A DNA stretch of 64,000 bases, from the NCBI GenBank assembly GCA_964057225.1, contig OZ059896.1, positions 4,216,001 to 4,280,000 of the forward strand, read 5' to 3'. Positions 26,925-40,100 of this stretch are shown here, in pieces. The stretch is from Auanema rhodensis (lineage: Eukaryota > Animalia > Nematoda). The notes beneath the pieces were generated by a model. That model did no database searches. It saw only the letters and a program-made list of their open reading frames with translations, and was not told the origin of the DNA. Position 1 is the stretch's first letter, and the number at the start of each line of letters is the position of its first letter. Position numbers and translations under genes: made by a program.

Positions 26925-29900
26925 ACCAATATCAATAAAATTTTGTTTTTAGACTAATATGGACATGGGGAATCTAATTTTGAAAACCGCATCTCTTTAT
27001 CTTTCACGTGAAGCGAGTTACATACCAAGTGCACATCCCGTGTACATTTAATTAGCATAAATTAAAGTTCACGTAAATTTCAAACTCATGGTTACCATGC
27101 ACCAATATCAATAAAAATTTGTTTTTAGACTAATATGGACATGGGGAATCTATATTTGAAAAACGCATCTCTTTATCTTTCACGTGAAGCGAGTTACATA
27201 CCAAGTGCACATCACGTGTACATTTAATTAGCATAAATCAAAGTTCACGTAAATTTCAAAGTCATGGTTACCATGCACCAATATCAATAAAATTTTGTTT
27301 TTAGACTAATATGGACATGGGGAATCTAATTTTGAAAACCGCATCTCTTTATTTTTCACGTGAAGCGAGTTACATACCAAGTGCACATCACGTGTACATT
27401 TAATTAGCATAAATTAAAGTTCACGTAAATTTCAAACTCATGGTTACCATGCACCAATATCAATAAAAATTTGTTTTTAGACTAATATGTACATGGAGAA
27501 TCTAATTTTAAAAACCGCATCTCTTTATCTTTCACGTGAAGCGAGTTACATACCAAGTGCACATCACGTGTACATTTAATTAGCATAAATTAAAGTTCAC
27601 GTAAATTTCAAAGTCATGGTTACCATGCACCAATATCAATAAAATTTTGTTTTTAGACTAATATGGACATGGGGAATCTAATTTTGAAAACCACATCTCT
27701 TTATCTTTCACGTGAAGCGAGTTACATACCAAGTGCACATCACGTGTACATTTAATTAGCATAAATTAAAGTTCACGTAAATTTCAAACTCATGGTTACC
27801 ATGCACCAATATCAATAAAAATTTGTTTTTAGACTAATATGGACATGGAGAATCTAATTTTGAAAACCGCATCTCTTTATCTTTCACGTGAAGCGAGTTA
27901 CATACCAAGTGCACATCACGTGTACATTTAATTAGCATAAATTAAAGTTCACGTAAATTTCAAACTCATGGTTACCATGCACCAATATCAATAAAAATTT
28001 GTTTTTAGAGTAATATGGACATGGAGAATCTATTTTTAAAAACCGCATCTCTTTATCTTTCACGTGAAGCGAGTTACATACCAAGTGCACATCACGTGTA
28101 CATTTAATTAGCATAAATTAAAGTTTACGTAAATTTCAAACTCATGGTTACCATGCACCAATATCAATAAAATTTTGTTTTTAGACTAATATGGACATGG
28201 GGAATCTAATTTTGAAAACCGCATCTCTTTATCTTTCACGTGAAGCGAGTTACATACCAAGTGCACATCCCGTGTACATTTAATTAGCATAAATTAAAGT
28301 TCACGTAAATTTCAAACTCATGGTTACCATGCACCAATATCAATAAAAATTTGTTTTTAGACTAATATGGACATGGGGAATCTATATTTGAAAAACTCAT
28401 CTCTTTATCTTTCACGTGAAGCGAGTTACATACCAAGTGCACATCACGTGTACATTTAATTAGCATAAATCAAAGTTCACGTAAATTTCAAAGTCATGGT
28501 TACCATGCACCAATATCAATAAAATTTTGTTTTTAGACTAATATGGACATGGGGAATCTAATTATGAAAACCGCATCTCTTTATCTTTCACGTGAAGCGA
28601 GTTACATACCAAGTGCACATCACGTGTACATTTAATTAGCATAAATTAAAGTTCACGTAAATTTCAAAGTCATGGTTACCATGCACCAATATCAATAAAA
28701 TTTTGTTTTTAGACTAATATGGACATGGGGAATCTAATTTTGAAAACCGCATCTCTTTATTTTTCACGTGAAGCGAGTTACATACCAAGTGCACATCACG
28801 TGTACATTTAATTAGCATAAATTAAAGTTCACGTAAATTTCAAACTCATGGTTACCATGCACCAATATCAATAAAAATTTGTTTTTAGACTAATATGGAC
28901 ATGGAGAATCTAATTTTAAAAACCGCATCTCTTTATCTTTCACGTGAAGCGAGTTACATACCAAGTGCACATCACGTGTACATTTAATTAGCATAAATTA
29001 AAGTTCACGTAAATTTCAAAGTCATGGTTACCATGCACCAATATCAATAAAATTTTATTTTTAGACTAATATGGACATGGGGAATCTAATTTTGAAAACC
29101 GCATCTCTTTATCTTTCACGTGAAGCGAGTTACATACCAAGTGCACATCACGTGTACATTTAATTAGCATAAATTAAAGTTCACGTAAATTTCAAACTCA
29201 TGGTTACCATGCACCAATATCAATAAAAATTTGTTTTTAGACTAATATGGACATGGAGAATCTAATTTTGAAAACCGCATCTCTTTATCTTTCACGTGAA
29301 GCGAGTTACATACCAAGTGCACAACACGTGTACATTTAATTAGCATAAATTAAAGTTCACGTAAATTTCAAACTCATGGTTACCATGCACCAATATCAAT
29401 AAAAATTTGTTTTTAGACTAATATGGACATGGAGAATCTATTTTTAAAAACCGCATCTCTTTATCTTTCACGTGAAGCGAGTTACATACCAAGTGCACAT
29501 CACGTGTACATTTAATTAGCATAAATTAAAGTTCACGTAAATTTCAAACTCATGGTTACCATGCACCAATATCAATAGAAATTTGTTTTTAGACTAATAT
29601 GGACATGGAGAATCTAATTTTGAAAACCGCATCTCTTTATCTTTCACGTGAAGCGAGTTACATACCAAGTGCACATCACGTGTACATTTAAATAGCATAA
29701 ATTAAAGTTCACGTAAATTTCAAAGTCATGGTTACCATGCACCAATATCAATAATATTTTGTTTTTAGACTAATATGGACATTAGGAATCTAATTTTGAA
29801 AACCGCATCTCTTTATCTTTCACGTGAAGCGAGTTACATACCAAGTGCACATCACGTGTACTTTTAATTAGCATAAATTAAAGTTCACGTAAATTTCAAA

Positions 29901-32900
29901 CTCATGGTTACCATGCACCAATATCAATAAAAATTTGTTTTTAGACTACTATGGACATGGAGAATCTAATTTTGAAAACCGCATCTCTTTATCTTTCACG
30001 TGAAGCGAGTTACATACCAAGTGCACATCACGTGTACATTTAATTAGCATAAATTAAAGTTCACGTAAATTTCAAACTCATGGTTACCATGCACCAATAT
30101 CAATAAAAATTTGTTTTTAGACTAATATGGACATGGAGAATCTAATTTTGAAAACCGCATCTCTTTATCTTTCACGTGAAGCGAGTTACATACCAAGTGC
30201 ACATCACGTGTACATTTAATTAGCATAAATTAAAGTTCACGTAAATTTCAAACTCATGGTTACCATGCACCAATATCAATACAATTTTGTTTTTAGACTA
30301 ATATGGACATGGGGAATCTAATTTTGAAAACAGCATCTCTTTATCTTTCACGTGAGGCGAGTTACATACCAAGTGCACATCACGTGTACATTTAATTAGC
30401 ATAAGTTAAAGTTCACGTAAAATTCAAAGTCATGGTTACCATGCACCAATATCAATAAAAATTTGTTTTTAGACTAATATGGACATGGGGAATCTAATTT
30501 TGAAAACCGCATCTCTTTATCTTTCACGTGAAGCGAGTTACATACCAAGTGCACATCACGTGTACATTTAATTAGCATAAATTAAAGTTCACTTAAATTT
30601 CAAAGTCATGGTTACCATGCACCAATATCAATAAAAATTTGTTTTTAGACTAATATGGACATGGGGAATCTAATTTTGAAAACCGCATCTCTTTATCTTT
30701 CACGTGAAGCGAGTTACATACCAAGTGCACATCCCGTGTACATTTAATTAGCATAAATTAATGTTCACGTAAATTTCAAAGTCATGGTTACCATGCACCA
30801 ATATCAATAAAAATTTGTTTTTAGACTAATATGGACATGGGGAATCTATATTTGAAAAACGCATCTCTTTATCTTTCACGTGAAGCGAGTTACATACCAA
30901 GTGCACATCACGTGTACATTTAATTAGCATAAATCAAAGTTCACGTAAATTTCAAAGTCATGGTTACCATGCACCAATATCAATAAAATTTTGTTTTTAG
31001 ACTAATATGGACATGGGGAATCTAATTTTGAAAACCGCATCTCTTTATTTTTCACGTGAAGCGAGTTACATACCAAGTGCACATCACGTGTACATTTAAT
31101 TAGCATAAATTAAAGTTCACGTAAATTTCAAACTCATGGTTACCATGCACCAATATCAATAAAAATTTGTTTTTAGACTAATATGTACATGGAGAATCTA
31201 ATTTTAAAAACCGCATCTCTTTATCTTTCACGTGAAGCGAGTTACATACCTAGTGCACATCACGTGTACATTTAATTAGCATAAATTAAAGTTCACGTAA
31301 ATTTCAAAGTCATGGTTACCATGAACCAATATCAATAAAAATTTGTTTTTAGACTAATATGGACATGGGGAATCTAATTTTGAAAACCGCATCTCTTTAT
31401 CTTTCACGTGAAGCGAGTTACATACCAAGTGCACATCACGTGTACATTTAATTAGCATAAATTAAAGTTCACGTAAATTTCAAACTCATGGTTACCATGC
31501 ACCAATATCAATAAAAATTTGTTTTTAGACTAATATGGACATGGAGAATCTAATTTTGAAAAACGCATCTCTTTATCTTTCACGTGAAGCGAGTTACATA
31601 CCAAGTGCACATCACGTGTACATTTAATTAGCATAAATTAAAGTTCACGTAAATTTCAAACTCATGGTTACCATGCACCAATATCAATAAAAATTTGTTT
31701 TTAGAGTAATATGGACATGGAGAATCTATTTTTAAAAACCGCATCTCTTTATCTTTCACGTGAAGCGAGTTACATACCAAGTGCACATCACGTGTACATT
31801 TAATTAGCATAAATTAAAGTTCACGTAAATTTCAAACTCATGGTTACCATGCACCAATATCAATAAAATTTTGTTTTTAGACTAATATGGACATGGGGAA
31901 TCTAATTTTGAAAACCGCATCTCTTTATCTTTCACGTGAAGCGAGTTACATACCAAGTGCACATCCCGTGTACATTTAATTAGCATAAATTAAAGTTCAC
32001 GTAAATTTCAAACTCATGGTTACCATGCACCAATATCAATAAAAATTTGTTTTTAGACTAATATGGACATGGGGAATCTATATTTGAAAAACGCATCTCT
32101 TTATCTTTCACGTGAAGCGAGTTACATACCAAGTGCACATCACGTGTACATTTAATTAGCATAAATCAAAGTTCACGTAAATTTCAAAGTCATGGTTACC
32201 ATGCACCAATATCAATAAAATTTTGTTTTTAGACTAATATGGACATGGGGAATCTAATTATGAAAACCGCATCTCTTTATCTTTCACGTGAAGCGAGTTA
32301 CATACCAAGTGCACATCACGTGTACATTTAATTAGCATAAATTAAAGTTCACGTAAATTTCAAAGTCATGGTTACCATGCACCAATATCAATAAAATTTT
32401 GTTTTTAGACTAATATGGACATGGGGAATCTAATTTTGAAAACCGCATCTCTTTATTTTTCACGTGAAGCGAGTTACATACCAAGTGCACATCACGTGTA
32501 CATTTAATTAGCATAAATTAAAGTTCACGTAAATTTCAAACTCATGGTTACCATGCACCAATATCAATAAAAATTTGTTTTTAGACTAATATGGACATGG
32601 AGAATCTAATTTTAAAAACCGCATCTCTTTATCTTTCACGTGAAGCGAGTTACATACCAAGTGCACATCACGTGTACATTTAATTAGCATAAATTAAAGT
32701 TCACGTAAATTTCAAAGTCATGGTTACCATGCACCAATATCAATAAAATTTTATTTTTAGACTAATATGGACATGGGGAATCTAATTTTGAAAACCGCAT
32801 CTCTTTATCTTTCACGTGAAGCGAGTTACATATAAAGTGCACATCACGTGTACATTTAATTAGCATAAATTAAAGTTCACGTAAGTTTCAAAGTCATGGT

Positions 32901-33787
32901 TACCATGCACCAATATCAATAAAATTTGTTTTTAGACTAATATGGACATGGAGAATCTAATTTTGAAAACCGCATCTCTTTATCTTTCACGTGAAGCGAG
33001 TTACATACCAAGTGCACATCACGTGTACATTTAATTAGCATAAATTAAAGTTCACGTAAATTTCAAACTCATGGTTACCATGCACCAATATCAATAAAAA
33101 TTTGTTTTTAGACTAATATGGACATGGAGAATCTATTTTTAAAAGCCGCATCTCTTTATCTTTCACGTGAAGCGAGTTACATACCAAGTGCACATCACGT
33201 GTACATTTAATTAGCATAAATTAAAGTTCACGTAAATTTCAAACTCATGGTTACCATGCACCAATATCAATAGAAATTTGTTTTTAGACTAATATGGACA
33301 TGGAGAATCTAATTTTGAAAACCGCATCTCTTTATCTTTCACGTGAAGCGAGTTACATACCAAGTGCACATCACGTGTACATTTAATTAGCATAAATTGA
33401 AGTTCACGTAAATTTCAAAGTCATGGTTACCATGCACCAATATCAATAATATTTTGTTTTTAGACTAATATGGACATTAGGAATCTAATTTTGAAAACCG
33501 CATCTCTTTATCTTTCACGTGAAGCGAGTTACATACCAAGTGCACATCACGTGTACTTTTAATTAGCATAAATTAAAGTTCACGTAAATTTCAAACTCAT
33601 GGTTACCATGCACCAATATCAATAAAAATTTGTTTTTAGACTAATATGGACATGGAGAATCTAATTTTGAAAACCGCATCTCTTTATCTTTCACGTGAAG
33701 CGAGTTACATACCAAGTGCACATCACGTGTACATTTAATTAGCATAAATTAAAGTTCACGTAAATTTCAAACTCATGGTTACCATGC
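26925..33787. repeat. Array domain C: duplication with 21-monomer (3696-bp) period
   Basis: Rare markers recur at +3696: CATCCCG (26925/30621 and 28157/31853), ATATGTAC (27453/31149), AGAGTA (27981/31677), ATTATG (28509/32205), TTTTATTT (29037/32733). CATTAGG recurs at +3695 after a 1-bp deletion (29741/33436). The supplied ORFs at 27932 and 31628 show the same offset. Confidence 0.9.
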
Positions 33788-34139
33788 ACCAATATCAATA
33801 AAAATTTGTTTTTAGACTAATATGGACATGGAGAATCTATTTTTAAAAACCGCATCTCTTTATCTTTCACGTGAAGCGAGTTACATACCAAGTGCACATC
33901 ACGTGTACATTTAATTAGCATAAATTAAAGTTCACGTAAATTTCAAACTCATGGTTACCATGCACCAATATCAATAAAAATTTGTTTTTAGACTAATATG
34001 GACATGGAGAATCTAATTTTGAAAACCGCATCTCTTTATCTTTCACGTGAAGCGAGTTACATACCAAGTGCACATCACGTGTACATTTAATTAGCATAAA
34101 TTAAAGTTCACGTAAATTTCAAACTCATGGTTACCATGC

Positions 34140-37100
34140 ACCAATATCAATAAAAATTTGTTTTTAGACTAATATGGACATGGGGAATCTAATTTTGAAA
34201 ACCGCATCTCTTTATCTTCCACGTGAAGCGAGTTATATACCAAGTGCACATCAAGTGTACATTTAATTAGCATAAATTAAAGTTCACGTAATTTTCAAAG
34301 TCATGGTTACCATGCACCAATATCAATAAAATTTTGTTTTTAGACTAATATGGACATGGGGAATCTAATTTTGAAAACCGCATCTATTTATCTTTCACGC
34401 GAAGCGAGTTACATACCAAGTGCACATCACGTGTACATTTAATTAGCATAAAGTAAAGTTCACGTAAATTTCAAACTCATGGTTACCATGCACCAATATC
34501 AATAAAATTTTGTTTTTAGACTAATATGGACATGGGGAATCTAATTTTGAAAACAGCATCTCTTTATCTTTCACGTGAGGCGAGTTACATACCAAGTGCA
34601 CATCACGTGTACATTTAATTAGCATAAGTTAAAGTTCACGTAAATTTCAAACTCATGGTTACCATGCACCAATATCAATAAAAATTTGTTTTTAGACTAA
34701 TATGGACATGGAGAATCTAATTTTGAAAACCGCATCTCTTTATCTTTCACGTGAAGCGAGTTACATACCAAGTGCACATCACGTGTACTTTTAATTAGCA
34801 TAAATTAAAGTTCACGTAAATTTCAAACTCATGGTTACCATGCACCAATATCAATAAAAATTTGTTTTTAGACTAATATGGACATGGAGAATCTAATTTT
34901 GAAAACCGCATCTCTTTATCTTCCACGTGAAGCGAGTTACATACCAAGTGCACATCACGTGTACATTTAATTAGCATAAATTAAAGTTCACGTAAATTTC
35001 AAACTCATGGTTACCATGCACCAATATCAATAAAAATTTGTTTTTAGACTAATATGGACATGGAGAATCTATTTTTAAAAACCGCATCTCTTTATCTTTC
35101 ACGTGAAGCGAGTTACATACCAAGTGCACATCACGTGTACATTTAATTAGCATAAATTAAAGTTCACGTAAATTTCAAAGTCATGGTTACCATGCACCAA
35201 TATCAATAAAAATTTGTTTTTAGACTAATATGGACATGGAGAATCTAATTTTGAAAACCGCATCTCTTTATCTTTCACGTGAAGCGAGTTACATACCAAG
35301 TGCACATCACGTGTACATTTAATTAGCATAAATTAAAGTTCACGTAAATTTCAAACTCATGGTTACCATGCACCAATATCAATAAAAATTTGTTTTTAGA
35401 CTAATATGGACATGGGGAATCTAATTTTGAAAACCGCATCTCTTTATCTTCCACGTGAAGCGAGTTATATACCAAGTGCACATCAAGTGTACATTTAATT
35501 AGCATAAATTAAAGTTCACGTAATTTTCAAAGTCATGGTTACCATGCACCAATATCAATAAAATTTTGTTTTTAGACTAATATGGACATGGGGAATCTAA
35601 TTTTGAAAACCGCATCTATTTATCTTTCACGCGAAGCGAGTTACATACCAAGTGCACATCACGTGTACATTTAATTAGCATAAAGTAAAGTTCACGTAAA
35701 TTTCAAACTCATGGTTACCATGCACCAATATCAATAAAAATTTGTTTTTAGACTAATATGGACATGGGGAATCTAATTTTGAAAAACGCTTCTCTTTATC
35801 TTTCACGTGAAGCGAGTTACATACCAAGTGCACATCACGTGTACATTTAATTAGCATAAATTAAAGTTCACGTAAATTTCAAAGTCATGGTTACCATGCA
35901 CCAATATCAATAAAATTTTGTTTTTAGACTAATATGGACATGGGGAATCTAATTTTGAAAACCGCATCTCTTTATCTTTCACGTGAAGCGAGTTACAAAC
36001 CAAGTGCACATCACGTGTACATTTAATTAGCATAAATTAAAGTTCACGTAATTTTCAAAGTCATGGTTACCATGAACCAATATCAATGAATATTTGTTTT
36101 TAGACTAATATGGACATGGAGAATCTATTTTTAAAAACCGCATCTCTTTATCTTTCACGTGAAGCGAGTTACATACCAAGTGCACATCACGTGTACATTT
36201 AATTAGCATAAATTAAAGTTCACGTAAATTTCAAACTCATGGTTACCATGCACCAATATCAATAAAAATTTGTTTTTAGACTAATATGGACATGGAGAAT
36301 CTAATTTTGAAAACCGCATCTCTTTATCTTTCACGTGAAGCGAGTTACATACCAAGTGCACATCACGTGTACATTTAATTAGCATAAATTAAAGTTCACG
36401 TAAATTTCAAACTCATGGTTACCATGCACCAATATCAATAAAAATTTGTTTTTAGACTAATATGGACATGGGGAATCTAATTTTGAAAACCGCATCTCTT
36501 TATCTTCCACGTGAAGCGAGTTATATACCAAGTGCACATCAAGTGTACATTTAATTAGCATAAATTAAAGTTCACGTAATTTTCAAAGTCATGGTTACCA
36601 TGCACCAATATCAATAAAATTTTGTTTTTAGACTAATATGGACATGGGGAATCTAATTTTGAAAACCGCATCTATTTATCTTTCACGCGAAGCGAGTTAC
36701 ATACCAAGTGCACATCACGTGTACATTTAATTAGCATAAAGTAAAGTTCACGTAAATTTCAAACTCATGGTTACCATGCACCAATATCAATAAAAATTTG
36801 TTTTTAGACTAATATGGACATGGGGAATCTAATTTTGAAAAACGCTTCTCTTTATCTTTCACGTGAAGCGAGTTACATACCAAGTGCACATCACGTGTAC
36901 ATTTAATTAGCATAAATTAAAGTTCACGTAAATTTCAAAGTCATGGTTACCATGCACCAATATCAATAAAATTTTGTTTTTAGACTAATATGGACATGGG
37001 GAATCTAATTTTGAAAACAGCATCTCTTTATCTTTCACGTGAGGCGAGTTACATACCAAGTGCACATCACGTGTACATTTAATTAGCATAAGTTAAAGTT

Positions 37101-40100
37101 CACGTAAATTTCAAACTCATGGTTACCATGCACCAATATCAATAAAAATTTGTTTTTAGACTAATATGGACATGGAGAATCTAATTTTGAAAACCGCATC
37201 TCTTTATCTTTCACGTGAAGCGAGTTACATACCAAGTGCACATCACGTGTACTTTTAATTAGCATAAATTAAAGTTCACGTAAATTTCAAACTCATGGTT
37301 ACCATGCACCAATATCAATAAAAATTTGTTTTTAGACTAATATGGACATGGAGAATCTAATTTTGAAAACCGCATCTCTCTATCTTTCACGTGAAGCGAG
37401 TTACATACCAAGTGCACATCACGTGTACATTTAATTAGCATAAATTAAAGTTCACGTAAATTTCAAACTCATGGTTACCATGCACCAATATCAATAAAAA
37501 TTTGTTTTTAGACTAATATGGACATGGAGAATCTATTTTTAAAAACCGCATCTCTTTATCTTTCACGTGAAGCGAGTTACATACCAAGTGCACATCACGT
37601 GTACATTTAATTAGCATAAATTAAAGTTCACGTAAATTTCAAAGTCATGGTTACCATGCACCAATATCAATAAAAATTTGTTTTTAGACTAATATGGACA
37701 TGGAGAATCTAATTTTGAAAACCGCATCTCTTTATCTTTCACGTGAAGCGAGTTACATACCAAGTGCACATCACGTGTACATTTAATTAGCATAAATTAA
37801 AGTTCACGTAAATTTCAAACTCATGGTTACCATGCACCAATATCAATAAAAATTTGTTTTTAGACTAATATGGACATGGGGAATCTAATTTTGAAAACCG
37901 CATCTCTTTATCTTCCACGTGAAGCGAGTTATATACCAAGTGCACATCAAGTGTACATTTAATTAGCATAAATTAAAGTTCACGTAATTTTCAAAGTCAT
38001 GGTTACCATGCACCAATATCAATAAAATTTTGTTTTTAGACTAATATGGACATGGGGAATCTAATTTTGAAAACCGCATCTATTTATCTTTCACGCGAAG
38101 CGAGTTACATACCAAGTGCACATCACGTGTACATTTAATTAGCATAAAGTAAAGTTCACGTAAATTTCAAACTCATGGTTACCATGCACCAATATCAATA
38201 AAAATTTGTTTTTAGACTAATATGGACATGGGGAATCTAATTTTGAAAAACGCTTCTCTTTATCTTTCACGTGAAGCGAGTTACATACCAAGTGCACATC
38301 ACGTGTACATTTAATTAGCATAAATTAAAGTTCACGTAAATTTCAAAGTCATGGTTACCATGCACCAATATCAATAAAATTTTGTTTTTAGACTAATATG
38401 GACATGGGGAATCTAATTTTGAAAACCGCATCTCTTTATCTTTCACGTGAAGCGAGTTACAAACCAAGTGCACATCACGTGTACATTTAATTAACATAAA
38501 TTAAAGTTCACGTAATTTTCAAAGTCATGGTTACCATGAACCAATATCAATGAATATTTGTTTTTAGACTAATATGGACATGGAGAATCTAATTTTGAAA
38601 ACCGCATCTCTTTATCTTTCACGTGAAGCGAGTTACATACCAAGTGCACATCACGTGTACATTTAATTAGCATAAAGTAAAGTTCACGTAAATTTCAAAG
38701 TCATGGTTACCATGCACCAATATCAATAAAATTTTGTTTTTAGACTAATATGGACATGGGGAATCTAATTTTGAAAACCGCATCTCTTTATCTTTCACGT
38801 GAAGCGAGTTACATACCAAGTGCACATCACGTGTACATTTAATTAGCATAAATTAAAGTTCACGTAAATTTCAAACTCATGGTTACCATGCACCAATATC
38901 AATAAAAATTTGTTTTTAGACTAATATGGACATGGAGAATCTAATTTTAAAAACCGCATCTCTTTATCTTTCACGTGAAGCGAGTTACATACCAAGTGCA
39001 CATCACGTGTACATTTAATTAGCATAAAGTAAAGTTCACGTAAATTTCAAAGTCATGGTTACCATGCACCAATATCAATAAAATTTTGTTTTTAGACTAA
39101 TATGGACATGGGGAATCTAATTTTGAAAACCGCATCTCTTTATCTTTCACGTGAAGCGAGTTACATACCAAGTGCACATCACGTGTACATTTAATTAGCA
39201 TAAATTAAAGTTCACGTAAATTTCAAACTCATGGTTACCATGCACCAATATCAATAAAAATTTGTTTTTAGACTAATATGGACATGGAGAATCTAATTTT
39301 AAAAACCGCATCTCTTTATCTTTCACGTGAAGCGAGTTACATACCAAGTGCACATCACGTGTACATTTAATTAGCATAAATTAAAGTTCACGTAAATTTC
39401 AAACTCATGGTTACCATGCACCAATATCAATAAAAATTTGTTTTTAGACTAATATGGACATGGAGAATCTAATTTTAAAAACCGCATCTCTTTATCTTTC
39501 ACGTGAAGCGAGTTACATACCAAGTGCACATCACGTGTACATTTAATTAGCATAAATTAATGTTCACGTAAATTTCAAAGTCATGGTTACCATGAACCAA
39601 TATCAATAAAATTTTGTTTTTAGACTAATATGGACATGGAGAATCTATTTTTAAAAACCGCATCTCTTTATCTTCCACGTGAAGCGAGTTACATACCAAG
39701 TGCACATCACGTGTACATTTAATTAGCATAAATTAAAGTTCACGTAAATTTCAAAGTCATGGTTACCATGCACCAATATCAATAAAAATTTGTTTTTAGA
39801 CTAATATGGACATGGAGAATCTATTTTTAAAAACCGCATCTCTTTATCTTTCACGTGAAGCGAGTTACATACCAAGTGCACATCACGTGTACATTTAATT
39901 AGCATAAATTAAAGTTCACGTAAATTTCAAACTCATGGTTACCATGCACCAATATCAATAAAAATTTGTTTTTAGACTAATATGGACATGGAGAATCTAA
40001 TTTTGAAAACCGCATCTCTTTATCTTTCACGTGAAGCGAGTTACATACCAAGTGCACATCACGTGTACATTTAATTAGCATAAATTAAAGTTCACGTAAA

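Noticed and set aside
27932-28114. 60-aa minus-strand ORF (identical copy at 31628-31810)
   Set aside because: Arises only where AGACTA>AGAGTA removes a minus-strand TAG in a monomer. It spans about one repeat unit, has no recognisable domain, and the two copies reflect the 3696-bp duplication.
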